From assembly GCA_964016885.1 (NCBI GenBank), contig OZ024743.1, positions 104,098,001-104,162,000 on the forward strand: a stretch of 64,000 nucleotides of DNA, in the 5' to 3' direction. Of the stretch, positions 1 through 13,050 are shown in pieces. The position numbers and the translations under genes were made by a program. The notes below the pieces were generated by a model that ran no database searches, was not told the origin of the DNA, and saw nothing but the letters and a program-made list of their open reading frames with translations. Within the stretch, counting starts at the first letter, position 1, and each line of letters opens with the position of its first letter. The DNA is from Eledone cirrhosa (taxonomy: Eukaryota).

Positions 1-320
1 ATAATAACAACAATTATACACATAAACACATTCATATATACATACAAAAGACAGAACAGTCAAATAAATTTGATTTCATGTAAATAAAATTTACATTTCA
101 ATAATATATACAAAAGCATTGTTATACACATGCACACACACACATATATATATCATCATCATCATCATCATCGTTTAATGTCCATCTTCCACGCTAGCAT
201 AATGTGTGTATATATATATATATATAATATATATATATATACACACACATATATATATATATCAACTGTGTTCCATAACATGCCAATCAAATGGAATCAT
301 ATTATTTTCAATGGATAATA

Positions 321-505
321 GGGTGGTGAATTGGCAGTATCAGTAGAGGGTTGGACGCCATGCTTTCTAGCATAGTTACGTCCCTTTACAGAGTTCAAAT
401 CCCGCCGAGGTTAACTTTGCCTTTCATCCTTACGGGGTCGATAAAATAAAGTACCAGTAATGTACTGGATAATTGCTGGCCTTGTGCCTAAAGTAGAAAC
501 AATTA
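321..505 (+). mobile_element. tRNA-headed SINE, family A (central domain resembles the Meta-SINE type)
   Basis: A-box-like TGGCAGTATCAG, B-box GAGTTCAAATC and core GCCTTTCATCCTTACGGGGTCGATAAAATAAAGTACCAG. Flanked by a 19-bp target-site duplication ATTATTTTCAATGGATAAT (301-319, 502-520). Many copies in the window. Confidence 0.85.
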
Positions 506-614
506 TTTTCAATGGATAATTATGTTTTAACTCTTAATTTCCTGTACCACATGAAACCATATTAACAAAACCTTCAGGAAAATTATAAAACAGCACTATG
601 ACTGCATCACATGA

Positions 615-1150
615 CAAAATACGTGCACGAGATGGTTCAAAGATTGAAAAAGTAAATAACTTCTTGTACCTAGGTAGTTAGATGAACACAGAACATGATG
701 TCGACACCAGGATAAGCAAGGTATGGCGAGCACTCAGTTCCTTATTGAAGGTTAGGGAATCTCCAATCCAGGAAAAAATGGAAATGAGGTTATTTAAAGC
801 AATGGTTGAGTCCAGTCTCCTCTATCAATATGAGTCATGGACATACATGTGAATGCTGAGAAATATCCAGAACATATCCTGGAAAGCACATGTAACAATT
901 AAAATGCTCTATGGTTCACATCCACGCATTTCTGGTATCATAAAGTGACAGAGGCTTGCATTAACTCGACATCCCAATGAACCTGCTGATTGAGAAGCTG
1001 CTAACTTGAAACCAGATCTGTGCAGATGATTTGAGAGACCAAACATTACACTGAAGAAAGTCTTTGAAGATGAACCCAAGCTGGAGACAAGGGAACTTCA
1101 CATGGCAATGTTGGGTAGGGTGAGCTGGAGGAGAAACTTTAAGGCACTGG
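615..1150 (+). pseudogene. Decayed RTE-type LINE ORF C-terminus
   Basis: Manual translation gives IEKVNNFLYLGS*...RISKVWRAL...RLFKAMVESSLLYQYESWT...MLRNIQNISWKAHVT, with stops and frameshifts. Confidence 0.7.
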
Positions 1151-1947
1151 CAACAAATGTGAAGATTGCTGGATGACTACAGCACATAAATGATTAAAGA
1201 CTATATTTTAATCTAATACTGCATATTTTCACAGTGATCTATCCACTAGTGCTGATAATGCACCATAGTACTGGTGACATGATAAAAAACACCCAGTACC
1301 TTCTGTAAAGTAGTTGGTGACAGGAAGGGCATCCAGACATAGAAAACTCTCCAAACACACGGGTGCAAGGATTTTACAGTTGTGTCAAAGATATGACAAC
1401 CTCCCTAGTACTGATAGCATGATAAAACACACACACACATATGTATGTGTTCCATTATCACACCCCTAGATTCCTATCCCTTTCTCTTGATCATTAGCAG
1501 CTTCTCTTACAACTAATACATGCCGACTATATATGCTCACTCCACTTTTCCCTTCAATGTTCTGTATACACACATACACACCCTTATATTAACATACTTT
1601 TGCTCACAGCTTCGTACATGCACACACACTCTTTTACTCACATATACACACACATTTCTTCTTAGTTTCGTACGGTCGTATAATAACACGTACGCGCGTG
1701 CACACACATGCACATATGCTTACGCACGTGCTCAAGTATAGCTCTTTTTACAAAACGGGTTTTTTTTTCAATTTCAGGTAGACGCGCTCCATCATCCACT
1801 TTTCTAAAAAATAAATCATACACAAAACACCAGCACCAACAGTTTTGCAAGAGATGTTAACATGAATGGACCTGTTATTTTTATCTAAAGACATTTTTTC
1901 CAATTCCATCCCGCCCGTCCCCTCAATCTATCTTATTTCTCATTCTT

Positions 1948-1983
1948 TCTTCTGATGAAGGACTAGCATCCGAAATGTTAAGA
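1948..1983 (+). ncRNA. Minimal type I hammerhead ribozyme motif in a Penelope-like terminal repeat remnant
   Basis: TCTT-CTGATGA-AGGA ctagca TCC-GAAA-TG-TT-AAGA. Stem I TCTT/AAGA, stem II GGA/TCC, GUU site. Stem III is probably a CpG-decayed ACGT palindrome. Confidence 0.7.
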
Positions 1984-2083
1984 CCCTCTTCCTGTTATTT
2001 CAAGCGTTAACCTAATATATCCCTTCCATATACTGTACCAATTGTATTATTATTTCTGTTTACTTTTTACACATATATATATA

Positions 2084-2231
2084 TAGAAGTGGTTACACAA
2101 CAGTTAGTTCACCATGTCGAGAACAATTGTTTCACCTTAGCGGATCCTCAGCTCGTAATCAAGCTGAGGATCCGCTAAGGTGAAACAATAGTTCTCAGTA
2201 TGGTGAACTAACTGTTGTGTAACCACTTCTA
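2084..2231. repeat. Fold-back inverted repeat (~70-bp arms) containing opposed hammerhead motifs
   Basis: TAGAAGTGGTTACACAAC...CCTCAGCT / AGCTGAGG...GTTGTGTAACCACTTCTA, starting directly after a (TA)n tract. Confidence 0.9.
2118..2155 (-). ncRNA. Minimal type I hammerhead ribozyme motif
   Basis: The minus strand reads CGAG-CTGAGGA-TCC GCTAA GGT-GAAA-CAATTG-TT-CTCG: 4-bp stem I, palindromic stem III, GUU site. A decayed mirror copy lies on + at 2160-2197. Confidence 0.75.
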
Positions 2232-2343
2232 CCTAACTCATCCCATGGACTGAGTGCTCTACCACTACAGATATTACCTTCCAGTGTTCTACCACTATAT
2301 CTATATAAATATACACGGGTGTGTATGATTGTGTATAGAAGAT

Positions 2344-2669
2344 TATATTAATAAAAGGAATTCCAACTTTGTCTGATTTACTCGTTTTATTTACAATCCT
2401 TTAAAATTTATAATGGTATTAGAATGAAATAGTATGGTAGAATAATAAATGGTAAGTGTTAATTGAACAAGTACTTTCATGCTTTCGCAATCTTCAGGTT
2501 CATATTCTGTGGTGACAGTCAAGTTTGCAATTTTCAACTGTTGAAAATTGCAAACTTGACCGTCACCACAGAATATGAACCATACTATTTCATTCTAATA
2601 CCATTATAAATTTTAAAGGATTGTAAATAAAACGAGTAAATCAGACAAAGTTGGAATTCCTTTTATTAA

Positions 2670-2673
<4 letters not shown>
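2344..2673. repeat. Fold-back inverted repeat centred at 2539, with ~60 bp missing from the right arm
   Basis: ATTAATAAAAGGAATTCC...TTTTCAAC t GTTGAAAA...GGAATTCCTTTTATTAAT, running into (TA)n. Confidence 0.9.
2464..2502 (-). ncRNA. Minimal type I hammerhead ribozyme motif
   Basis: Minus strand: TGAAC-CTGAAGA-TTGC GAAA GCAT-GAAA-GTAC-TT-GTTCA. 5-bp stem I, GNRA-capped stem II, AGTACT palindromic stem III, CUU site. Confidence 0.8.
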
Positions 2674-2705
<32 letters not shown>

Positions 2706-2746
2706 CATACATATATATATATACATACATATATATATATACATAC

Positions 2747-2813
<67 letters not shown>

Positions 2814-2988
2814 GTGAATTTCGTTAAAAAAAATTATATCTAAAGTTGGCAGAGCACTCAGTCCGAGGGATGAGTTGTAATATGCAACGGTTAAATTCAT
2901 AATTTCATCTGTTTAATATGAGCGTTTTGCAGGTGAAGTTGTTATTTTGGCAGCTTGTCAGTTGTATCTGGCTCCGGGACGGATTCCG

Positions 2989-3024
<36 letters not shown>

Positions 3025-4002
3025 GCAGCCATAGCTGTGTGGTTCTCTTAACGTAACTTTCAGGGAGAATCGGTATGGCAGAGTGTGTAACCAATATGGC
3101 TATTTGAATTGCGGTACAGTCTATTATGTATTTAATGTAAAGAGCTGAGTATTCCAAAGCCACATGTACTCTTAATATAATTCTCAGAAAGATTTGGTTT
3201 CTATTTCTAGTAGTTCAGGTGAGCACATAGAGGCCCCCTCCTGGTTAGTTGATGTTGTTACTGTTATAGCTTTTGTTTGATTCTGTTAAACCTGTCAAAC
3301 ATTTATTACTCATTTCATTTCTTAACATATATACCCCCTCTCTCTCTTTCTTTCTTTCTCTCTCTCTCACACATGCACACACACACACACACACACAAAT
3401 ATATGTGTGTGTGTGTGTACATATATCCACATACACACATATACAGACAGACATTACGTGTTATCGATTTATTTATAATATGTCTCCAGCCATAATTAAA
3501 TCTGTTGATAATGGGTGTGGCAGAGAGAAAGAGAGAGAGAGAGATGTTGGGGGTGGAGGGAGAAAGATACTAGGATAGAGAACAAGAGAGAGAGGGTAGA
3601 TTGAGAGAGAGAGAGATGTTGGGGAGAGAGAGAGAAAGATACTTGGATAGAGAGAGAAAGAGAGAGAGAGATATGGTGGAAGAGAAAGAAAGAATACATT
3701 TAGTTTGTTGTTATGTTTATCTGTCTGTGTATCTTTCTAACCTCACACACACACACATGTAGGCATATATATATGTGAGTGTCCGTGTATGCTGGTGCCA
3801 GGATAAAATGCACCCAATACACTCTGTAAAATGGTAGTGTTGGTGCTATGATAAAACACACTTTGCACACTCTGTAAAGTAGTAAACCTGTTGCCATGAA
3901 AAATAGCACCCAGTAGACCCTTTGAGGTGGTTAGCCTTAGGAAGGGCCTCCAGCTATATAAACCATGCTGGTGCTATTTATATAGCCTCCTGCTATATAA
4001 AC

Positions 4003-4172
4003 CAATCTGACTTCTAAGCAGACATGAGTTAGACATAGTTGTCACAGTTCAAAACTAGATGGATTAGAGTGACCTCATCTTGATCATATGAGCAAGATGA
4101 GGTCACTCTAATCCATCTAGTTTTGAACTGTGACAACTATGTCTAACTCATGTCTGCTTAGAAGTCAGATTG
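4003..4172. repeat. Near-perfect 170-bp palindrome
   Basis: CAATCTGACTTCTAAGC...CTTGATCATATGAGCAAG...GCTTAGAAGTCAGATTG, with one mismatch near the centre. Confidence 0.9.
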
Positions 4173-4189
4173 AAAATTATGATGATTTA

Positions 4190-4650
4190 CACCTTGAGAA
4201 TCTAGGTAAGATTCAAAGAAGAATCATCAAGATTATTGGTCCTGAATTATCAAGTCAACTGCAATCACTATCACACTGTTGAAATGTTGCCTCTCTGCCT
4301 TTTTATAAATATTTTCAAGGGAATTGTTCTGAGCTTTCCTCTTGGTTGCTTCATCTTCACAAGTTTAAATGGAACACCAGATTAGCAGCTAGCTTTTATC
4401 CATTTGCAAATGAAATTCCGAAATGCAATCACAAATTCTATTCTGATAGTTTCTTCCCTAACACATCTCGCAAATGGAAATTTAATCCAGCTTCTTGCTT
4501 TCCTGATCGCAACAATTTGCAAAAATTCAAAAGCAATATCAATTGTCATCTCTCTCTTTGAATTATGTTCTCACTGTTTTATCCCCCTTCCTTCTCAGTG
4601 ACCCCATGCATTTTAGTGGCTTTTAGCCGTACTTGGGATGAGAAAATAAT
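4190..4650 (+). pseudogene. 3' remnant of a CR1/L2/Jockey-group LINE
   Basis: Translated pieces KIQRRIIKIIGPELSSQLQSLSH, FYKYFQGNCS and YSDSFFPNTSRKW...FPDRNNLQKFKSNINCHL match the usual C-terminus of these LINEs. Confidence 0.65.
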
Positions 4651-4849
4651 ATATATATATATATATATAAGTGAGGTGGGAGACCATACTGTTATGAGGT
4701 GGACTGCTCAGCCACTCACACTATAATTAATATAAAATGGATTGTATCTATAATTCAAAAGGTCAACCCTGTTACACTTTGTATCATGCTGAATCTCTCT
4801 GAGAAATACATTATGTGTAGATATGTCCATGGAATACTCAGCCACTTAC

Positions 4850-5028
4850 TTGGCAGTATCGGTAGAGGATTGGATGCCATGCTTTCTAGCATAGTTACGT
4901 CCCTTTACAGTCTGAGTTCAAATCCCGCCGAGGTTAACTTTGCCTTTCATCCTTACGGGGTGGATAAAATAAAGTACCAGTAATGTACTGGGTAATTGCT
5001 GGCCTTGTGCCTAAAGTAGAAACAATTA
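4850..5028 (+). mobile_element. SINE family A copy
   Basis: Near-identical to 321-505. Confidence 0.85.
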
Positions 5029-6822
5029 TAATACAAGATGGACTGTATCTGTAATTCAAAGAGTCAGTCTTATCACACATGGTGTCAAACTGAGTCTCCC
5101 TGAGAATTACCTTAAGGGTACACGTGTCTGTGCAATGTTTTGCCATTTACACATTAATTTCATGAGCAGGCTGTTCCATTGAACCAATAACTGGATTACT
5201 CCTCTTTGAAAATGACTGAGATCCATTCATGTTGCCTTATTAAGTAGGAGGAGATAATAAGACAAACAATTTGTATTCTTTCTACAACAAAAGTAAATTA
5301 ATATGTGTGGATAGTAATTGATTCCTCCCCACCACCACCTAAGTACATACACACACAAAAGAAACTATTAAAAAGCAGGGGAATGTCAATAAATAATAAA
5401 AATTAAAAAAAACCTACCCATAAACATAAACACACATATATAGGTCAGTTTAAATAAATATATAAAAAAATAAACATGAGAAGAATAAGGTACAAGGGGT
5501 GGGAATGGGGTGTTTTTGGAGAAAAACTAGGAAGAAAAGAGTAAAATAAATAACTGTATTTGGTAGCATGATATGTATCCCACTTCCCATTGAAGATGGA
5601 GTCTTGAGGGTACTGTCATGGTGTAGTAAGTGTCTTAGGCACTATAAACCTGGCAGAGCAAATCCCCTCTCCAGGTCTGAATAAGGCTGATTTTTTTCCA
5701 TATATATAGAATATATGTATTCTATAGGTTCAGGCAGGACCTTCCAAGGGAAATTTTGCTAGGCAGTACAAGACCCCTTTGGAGCCCTGAAGAAAGCAAA
5801 GATTTTTCTCAAAATGGATGTTGCACGGTTGCTGTGGGGCTTTTTTTTGGTCTTGGGCCCTGGAACAAAGTACCGACTGGACCCCCCCCCCTCTCTCTCT
5901 CTCATAGGCCCTGGGTTCAGGTAAAGTTGTGTGGTTAAAAAGTTTGCTTTGAAGCCATGTGGTTGAATGTTTGATTCCACTGTGTGTGACCTTGAGAAAG
6001 TATCTTTTGCTACTGCCTTGGGCAACCATTACATTGTGATTGAATTTTGTAGAAAGAAACTGTGTGTGAGTGTTTGTTTGTCTCTGAGTTCAAATTTCAC
6101 TGAGTTTTTGTGGTCGATAAAGAAAGTACTAGCCCAGTGCTAGTGCAGCCCTCTTACCTTCCAGCAACTACATCTTGAATGCTTCACTCGATCAAAAGGG
6201 GAGAAGTGAGAGGGTGTGTATATCTGTTTGCGACTGTATAAGAACTTAAAACCCTCAGCAAAATGATGGTACACACTACCAAGTCATACTTGATTGTTAG
6301 TGACAGCTGTAGTTAAAATAAGGTAAAGTTTTAAAATTTAATTGGTCTTTGATGAGCTATTTTCCCAAGAATGAATGTTTATCATTCCTGGTTAGTCTAA
6401 TGAAATAGTCATAACTCTATCAAATGTTTTAATAATTATGCTTGTCTTAATAATTGATATCATCATCATCATTATCATCATCATCATCATCGTTTAACGT
6501 CCATACTAGCATGGGCTGAGCAGGTTTGTTCCACTTGAAGCAAGATTGGTCGGGTGACAGTGTCTCACTCGCACAGAACTGCTTCTCGCAGGTTTTCTAA
6601 TATTGATAATAATAATATTGTTATTATTAAGTTGAGTAATGAAACTTTATCAGAAGGTTGTAAGCTCGATGCAACAGGGTTCATGCAGAGCTGTTAGATA
6701 CTATTTATAAAAAACACCAAAGAATCAATGTATTTGTTTTTTTGTACTTAGTATATATATATATATGTATATACATAATAATAATAAAAAGGATGATTAT
6801 GTCTTCATTACGTTTATTGAGT

Positions 6823-6906
6823 AGTGATGCACATTTCGCTATTGATCAGCTCAAGGTTTGATCTGTTTCGATCTAGCTGACTCTGGAATCAAAGGCTCGT
6901 TGGACT
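6823..6906 (-). ncRNA. Degenerate type I hammerhead with extended stem II
   Basis: Minus strand: AGT-CCAACGA (decayed core)-GCCTTTGAT...ATCAATAGC-GAAA-TGTGCA-TC-ACT, followed by AATAAA. Related to 62986-63080. Confidence 0.5.
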
Positions 6907-7302
6907 TCTGTTGTGGTAATGTTACAATCCCTATATACAAATATATGTATAATCATTTTTTATGTCCAGTTTTCCATGCTGGCAGGGGTTGGACAGGATG
7001 TTTTACAGCTAGGTGCCCTTTCTGATGCCAACCCTTTTGTTCACCTCTTATGACATGACATGCAGGAATACAGTGTACCTATTCTAAAAACTGAGATACA
7101 TAGTGTTGGGAGATATATATACAGACATATATGTAAAGTGGCCGTGTAGGCGCCACAGTAAAAAAGCACCCAGTACTACTGTAAATGAGGTTGGTGTTTG
7201 AGCAAGACATGGTCACCCGGCCTGGCATTGCCTGCAACAGGACAACCCGTCTAACCCATGCTAACATGGAAGAATGGATGTAAAACGATGATGATGATGA
7301 TG

Positions 7303-7341
<39 letters not shown>

Positions 7342-8925
7342 AAAGGGAGGGGGATAAATAGAAACATTTTTGTTAAAAAGAGGGAATTACATGGTTAACT
7401 TGTCATGAGAAATTGGGAAGACAGGGTTGTTTTTTTTTTAATTTGATCAACAAGCCCTTCCCCTCTCTCAAAATGAAGAGAATACCTTGGTATATTTGTA
7501 GATAGATATTGCATGGCTGGTTGTGTAAGTTGAAAGAGCTGAGAATTGTATAAATAGACACTAGCTTTTCTGCCCCCTTTTCTTGCTATTCCCCACCACA
7601 CACCTACTGTCATCCCAACAAGCTTTTCACAGACTGTGATCTAATTTTTATCTATTTATTACTGGTTGTGAATGTTTACTTGACCTCTAGCACTAAACCT
7701 TGTGAGAAAACATACAAACACAGATGCTGTTGGATCTCCATTGCCATCAACGCGTGTTCCAGTTGTTCGCACAGCATGACAGCCTACCCGTGAAATTAAT
7801 ATACAAGTGACTGAGCATTCCACAGACAGGGGCACTGTTAATGTAGTTCTTAGGGAGATTTAGTATGACATAGTGAGTGATATGACTTCTTTAAATTACA
7901 GCTACAACTCAATTTTGCTAGGTAAGCGGATTGGAGCAAAAGGAAATAAAGTGTCTTGCTCAAGGATATAATAGGCAATTAGGAATCAAACTCACAATAT
8001 TAATATCATGAGCCAAACATACATGGTAGTTGTCGACTTGCTAGTAAGTGTGTCAACCTTGTATGCTAAATTGGCACGACCAAGACTTCACCTCTTAGAC
8101 ATTAACTGCACTTCTACACAGGGTATGGCTGTGTAATTGAACAGAGAATCACAACTTCCCCCACCTATACTATATCTGTGTGCTCTCCCGAGCAAGGAAA
8201 CTATGAGAGTGGCAGTATTTCATTGTAGAAAACATACAAGATACTTCATCTAGTGCAATAGTGATTCACTGTCTGATTGTGGCCGCAAGAAACTCAAGTC
8301 TTGACTTGCATTTGAAAACAAAGAGCAACACATATGGTTACATGTTCATTTATGTTAGATGGTCATTTTGGTGCCATGATAAAAAGTACTCAGTCCACAC
8401 TAACATGGTTGGCATTATGAAGGATTTCCAGTTGTAGAAATGAAGCCAAAATACATAGCCGCATGAGCAAGACGCGGTCACCTGACCTAACTTGTCTCAT
8501 AACGTGACAACCCCTTTAACCCATGCAAGCATGGAAAAATAGATGTTAAACAATGATGATGTTGATGATATCATCATCATCATCATCATCATAACCGTTT
8601 TACGTCCATTCTTCCACGCTAGCATGAGTTAGACGGATTGTCCTGTTGTGAGCGGTGTCCAGTCGGCTGACCTTGTCTTGCTCATACAGGAACTGATTTT
8701 GGTTTGATTTCTACAGCTGGATGCCCTTCCTAACACCAACCTCATTTACAATGAGTTTATTTGTTTTATTCCATTTATATTCCCATTTCTGGGGCAACTT
8801 CCTTTTCAAGTATTTTCCCATTATGCATCGTCTTGGCTGTATTAAATAACAGACAAACACACAATCACAGAGTTTTAGTAGCATATATATATATATATAT
8901 ATGTATATGTGTGTGTGTGTGTGTG

Positions 8926-11140
8926 TCGGGGAGATGTGTGTCCATAATGATAATGGTGTACTTGCCTTCACTAATACTGATAAGAAGGTAGCTTGGAAGT
9001 GTCACTACGAGAGACTATTGAATGAGGAGAATAAATGGGAAAAAGATAGTCTGCCCCAAATCGATCCAATAGAAGGACCAGCGGTGCAAGTTAAAGGTAG
9101 TATAATAAGTAAGGCAATCAAAGATATGAAGACAGGCAGGCAGCTGGGCCTTCGGAGATAGTTGCTGGGATGTTGAAAGCATCTGAAATGGTGGGACATA
9201 CTATGGTCACCCGGATAGTAAACCAAGTAATACAGAATGGGCTCATACCAAAAGGCTGGCGTAACAACATCCTCATTAACTGTTACAAGGGTAAAGGGGA
9301 TGCTCTAGATAGGGGAAACTATAGAGGCATTAAGTTAGTTGACCAGGTCATGAAGGTCACAGAAAGAGTTATGGCGCAACTAAAAAGAGAGCGAATTGAT
9401 TTAGATGAAATGTAGTTTGGGTTTGTGTCATGTAAAAGTACCACAGACGCTCTTTTCCTTGTACGACAGCTACAGGAGAAGTACCTAGCTAAAAGTAAAC
9501 CCCTCAACTTAGCTTTTGTAGACCTGGAGAAAGCCTTTGACAGAGTCCCCCGTTCCATTATCTGGTGGGCTCTTAGAAAACTAGGTGTAGATGTATGGCT
9601 TGTGAGAGCTATACAAGCCATGTATAAAGAAACAGTCAGTAAGGTTAGAATTAACAATGAATATAGTGAAGAATTTAGTGTAAAAGTTGGTGTTCATCAA
9701 GGCTCTGTCCTTAGCCCCCTCCTATTTATTATTGCCCTTCAGGCTATAACAGAGGAGTTCAAGACTGACTGCCCATGGGAACTCCTATACGCAGATGATC
9801 TAACTCTCATAGCTGAATCTATGGCTGAACTAGAGAAGAAATTCCAAACATGGAAGCATGGCCTAGAATCAAAAGGCCTTAAAGTTAACTTGTCTAAGAC
9901 TAAAGTTCCAGTATGTAGAAAGGAAAATAGGGTACAGGTGCCCTCTGGGAAATGGCCATGCTCAGTGTATAGGAAAGGAGTAGGTAGAAATTCCATTTTA
10001 TGTCCCCAATGCAAACTATGGGTATATAAAAGATGTACTGGGATCACAGGTATACTATCTAAGAACGTAGATTTTATATGTGACCGATGCTCAGATGCAA
10101 TAAGTAGCAAGTGCCCACAGGATACTAACTCCTTCTATTGCCCAGATGGTTCTATAGAAATAGTGGACACTTTCCATTACCTGGGTGACAAAATCAGCAG
10201 TGGAGGAGGGTGCCTGAAAGTACAGTAGCCAGAGTCAGAATGGGATGGAAAAAGTTCAGAGAGCTTATACCGCTGTTGGCCAGAAAATGTTTCTCTCTAA
10301 AAATGAAAGGCAGACTGTATGATGCCTGCATACGAACAGCAATGCTACATGGCAGTTGAGGCATGGGCATTGTGTGCAGAGGACCTGCGCAGACTGGAAA
10401 GGAATGAAGCATGTATGCTCCGTTGGATGTGTAATAGTAATATACGTGAACGGCAAAGCATAAATGAACTAAGTGAGAAATTAGGAATAAGATGGATCAG
10501 ATGCTCTTTACTTGAGGGAAGACTAAGTTGGTATGGTCATGTGATGCGCATGACAGCTGTATAAAAAAGTGCAGGGCGATCAAAATTGATGGAAGTTACG
10601 GAGTAGGTAGACCCAGAAAAACCTGGGGCGATTTGATAAATTCCGACCTTACACACTTGCACCTCTCTAAGACAATGTCACTGGACTGAGATCTTTGGTG
10701 CCATGCAGTAATACAGAAGACCCGCCTTGCCTATGTACAAAGCGAAACCTACAGTCAGTAGGCACCTCTTAACCAAATATACACCCCAATCCACTACCCC
10801 TATTCCATCCTCTCACCAACACCACCCTCTCTCTGTAAATTTGGTACCACAACATCCAGTCCAAATAAATGAGATAATGAGATCGAGATCATGTAGGTGT
10901 CACAACAAAAAAAAACACAGTCCACGCTGTCATGTGGCCGTGTAGGTAACACAGTAAAAAGTTCCCAGTTCCACACTGTAAATGTGGTTGGTGTTAGGAA
11001 GCGCATCCAGCTGTAGAAAACCTGCCAGATAGTCCTATATGAGCGAGGCACGGTCACCCGACCAGCCTTGCCTCAAATTGGGTCAATTCTCGTCTAACCC
11101 ATGCTAGCGTGGAAGATGGACATTAAACGATGATGATGAT
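8926..11140 (+). mobile_element. 5'-truncated RTE-clade LINE with reverse transcriptase pseudogene and 3' UTR
   Basis: ORF pieces 8901-9161, 9170-9415, 9425-10228 and 10319-10564 carry NYRGIKL, FVDLEKAFDRVPR, GVHQGSVLSPLLF, LLYADD and FHYLG motifs. The 3' UTR ends in (GAT)n. Confidence 0.93.
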
Positions 11141-13050
11141 ACATATATATATGTATGTATGTCTGTATATTTTTATGCACACACATACATGCAAACATAA
11201 CTTTTCCCATTGGGCGGTAAATACAGTGTGAGTCATATAAAATTTATGATATATCAATCAAATTGCACATATATAAAAGGAAATTTATTTTTCAATACAA
11301 TCTACATTCATTATTCTGTTTTGAATTATTTTTAAAATGCATTTCAAAATAAGCTGTGACATCTTTAACTAATGCAGTTGATCACAAGCACTACAACACT
11401 AAATGTAAACATGGTGAGAGACGAGAAGTTACAGTGGCAATTGAAGAAAATATAGGGTTTGAGAGAATTTAAGAAACTGAGATGAAACAGGTCCTAACTG
11501 ACAGGGTATATGCCATAATATAAAATACCTGCCCATTAATACAAGTACTGGGACAGAGATGACACTGGACTAAACTGACTGGTGATATGCTATAATACAA
11601 AAGACTTGCCTACTAGTACAAGCACTGTGAGTGTGATGACAAAGGACTGAACTGACTGGTGATATGCCATAACACAAAAGACTTGTTTACCAGTACAAGT
11701 GACACTAAAAGTAAATGTTGTGAGAGAAGAAAGGCTGCAATGTTTGGCAATTAAATGAAGACCATATAGGGTTTGAGAAGACTAGTCAGTCTGGACTTGC
11801 ATATGAGAACCTCTCTAGTAATGGTGCCATGATAAAATGCATTCAATATACTCTGAGAGTATTAATGTTGGTGTCATGATAAAATACACCCAGCCCATTC
11901 TGTAAAGTGGTAGTGTTGATGCTATGATATAATGCACCCAGTACACCTAGTAAAGTATTAGTGTCAGTGCCATGATAAAATGCACCTTGTCCACTCTGTA
12001 AAATGATAGGGCTGGTGCTGTGATAAAGGCACCCAATACACCTTGTAAGTTGGTTGGCCTCAGGAAGAGCATCCAGCCATAGAAACCATGCCAAATATGG
12101 AATTTAATGAGCAAAATGAGGTTGCTCCAGCTTGTCAAACTCATGCCAGTATGGAAAGCAGATGTATCATCTTGAATATGATGATTTTTTTATACGGGCA
12201 CATGATTTTAGGCTTTGTGAGAGGTGTATAGTTGATTATATTGACCCCAGTACTTGACTAGTAATTTATTTTATTGAACCTGGATGGAGAAGACATGTAC
12301 ATCTATCCATGGACCTTCAACTCTTGATGAAGTCGCAATGGTATAGCATTTTGAGCAAGTGTCATTTACCATAGCTTCAGGTCCACTCATGCCCTGTGAG
12401 TGAAATTTGCTAGAAAGAAACTGTTTGGAAGCCTATTGGGTAGACTGTACCTGTAATTCAAAGTACACATGTCTATGAAATGCTCAGCCTCACACACTAA
12501 GTGCATGAGTGGGCTATTCTGTTGATAGAACAACTGGAACACTTGTTAAAACTGATGGAGGTCCATTTCCTTCAACAAGTGATAGTAATTTTTCTATAAT
12601 ATTTACTCTTTATGATCTGAGTTCAAATCCTGCCAAGGTTAGCTTTGCCTTTCAACTTTACAAAGTTAATAAAATAAAGTAGCAGTAATGCACTGGGGTC
12701 GATTTAATCAACTTTCCCCTTCTCCAAAATTGTTGGCCTTGTGCCAAAATCAGAAACTAATATCTATTCAATGATTGTATTTTACATTAGACAATACTAG
12801 CCAAAGTTATCTTCTCTACATTAAGTTCATTAATCATACAGAAATAATTTTGTGAATAAAGGATTGGAGGGAAGAAAGAAGTAAAAGGTTTATGTGTTAA
12901 AATAAAACAATTATTTTATTATTTTATTTGGTCAATTACTAAAAAAGAAGCTAATTACCAAATGGAATGGACTCCTGGTAGTTTCAACAATTAGATGTCT
13001 TATTGTTTGTGTTATACATAGATGTCTTATTGTTTGTGTTATACATAGAT

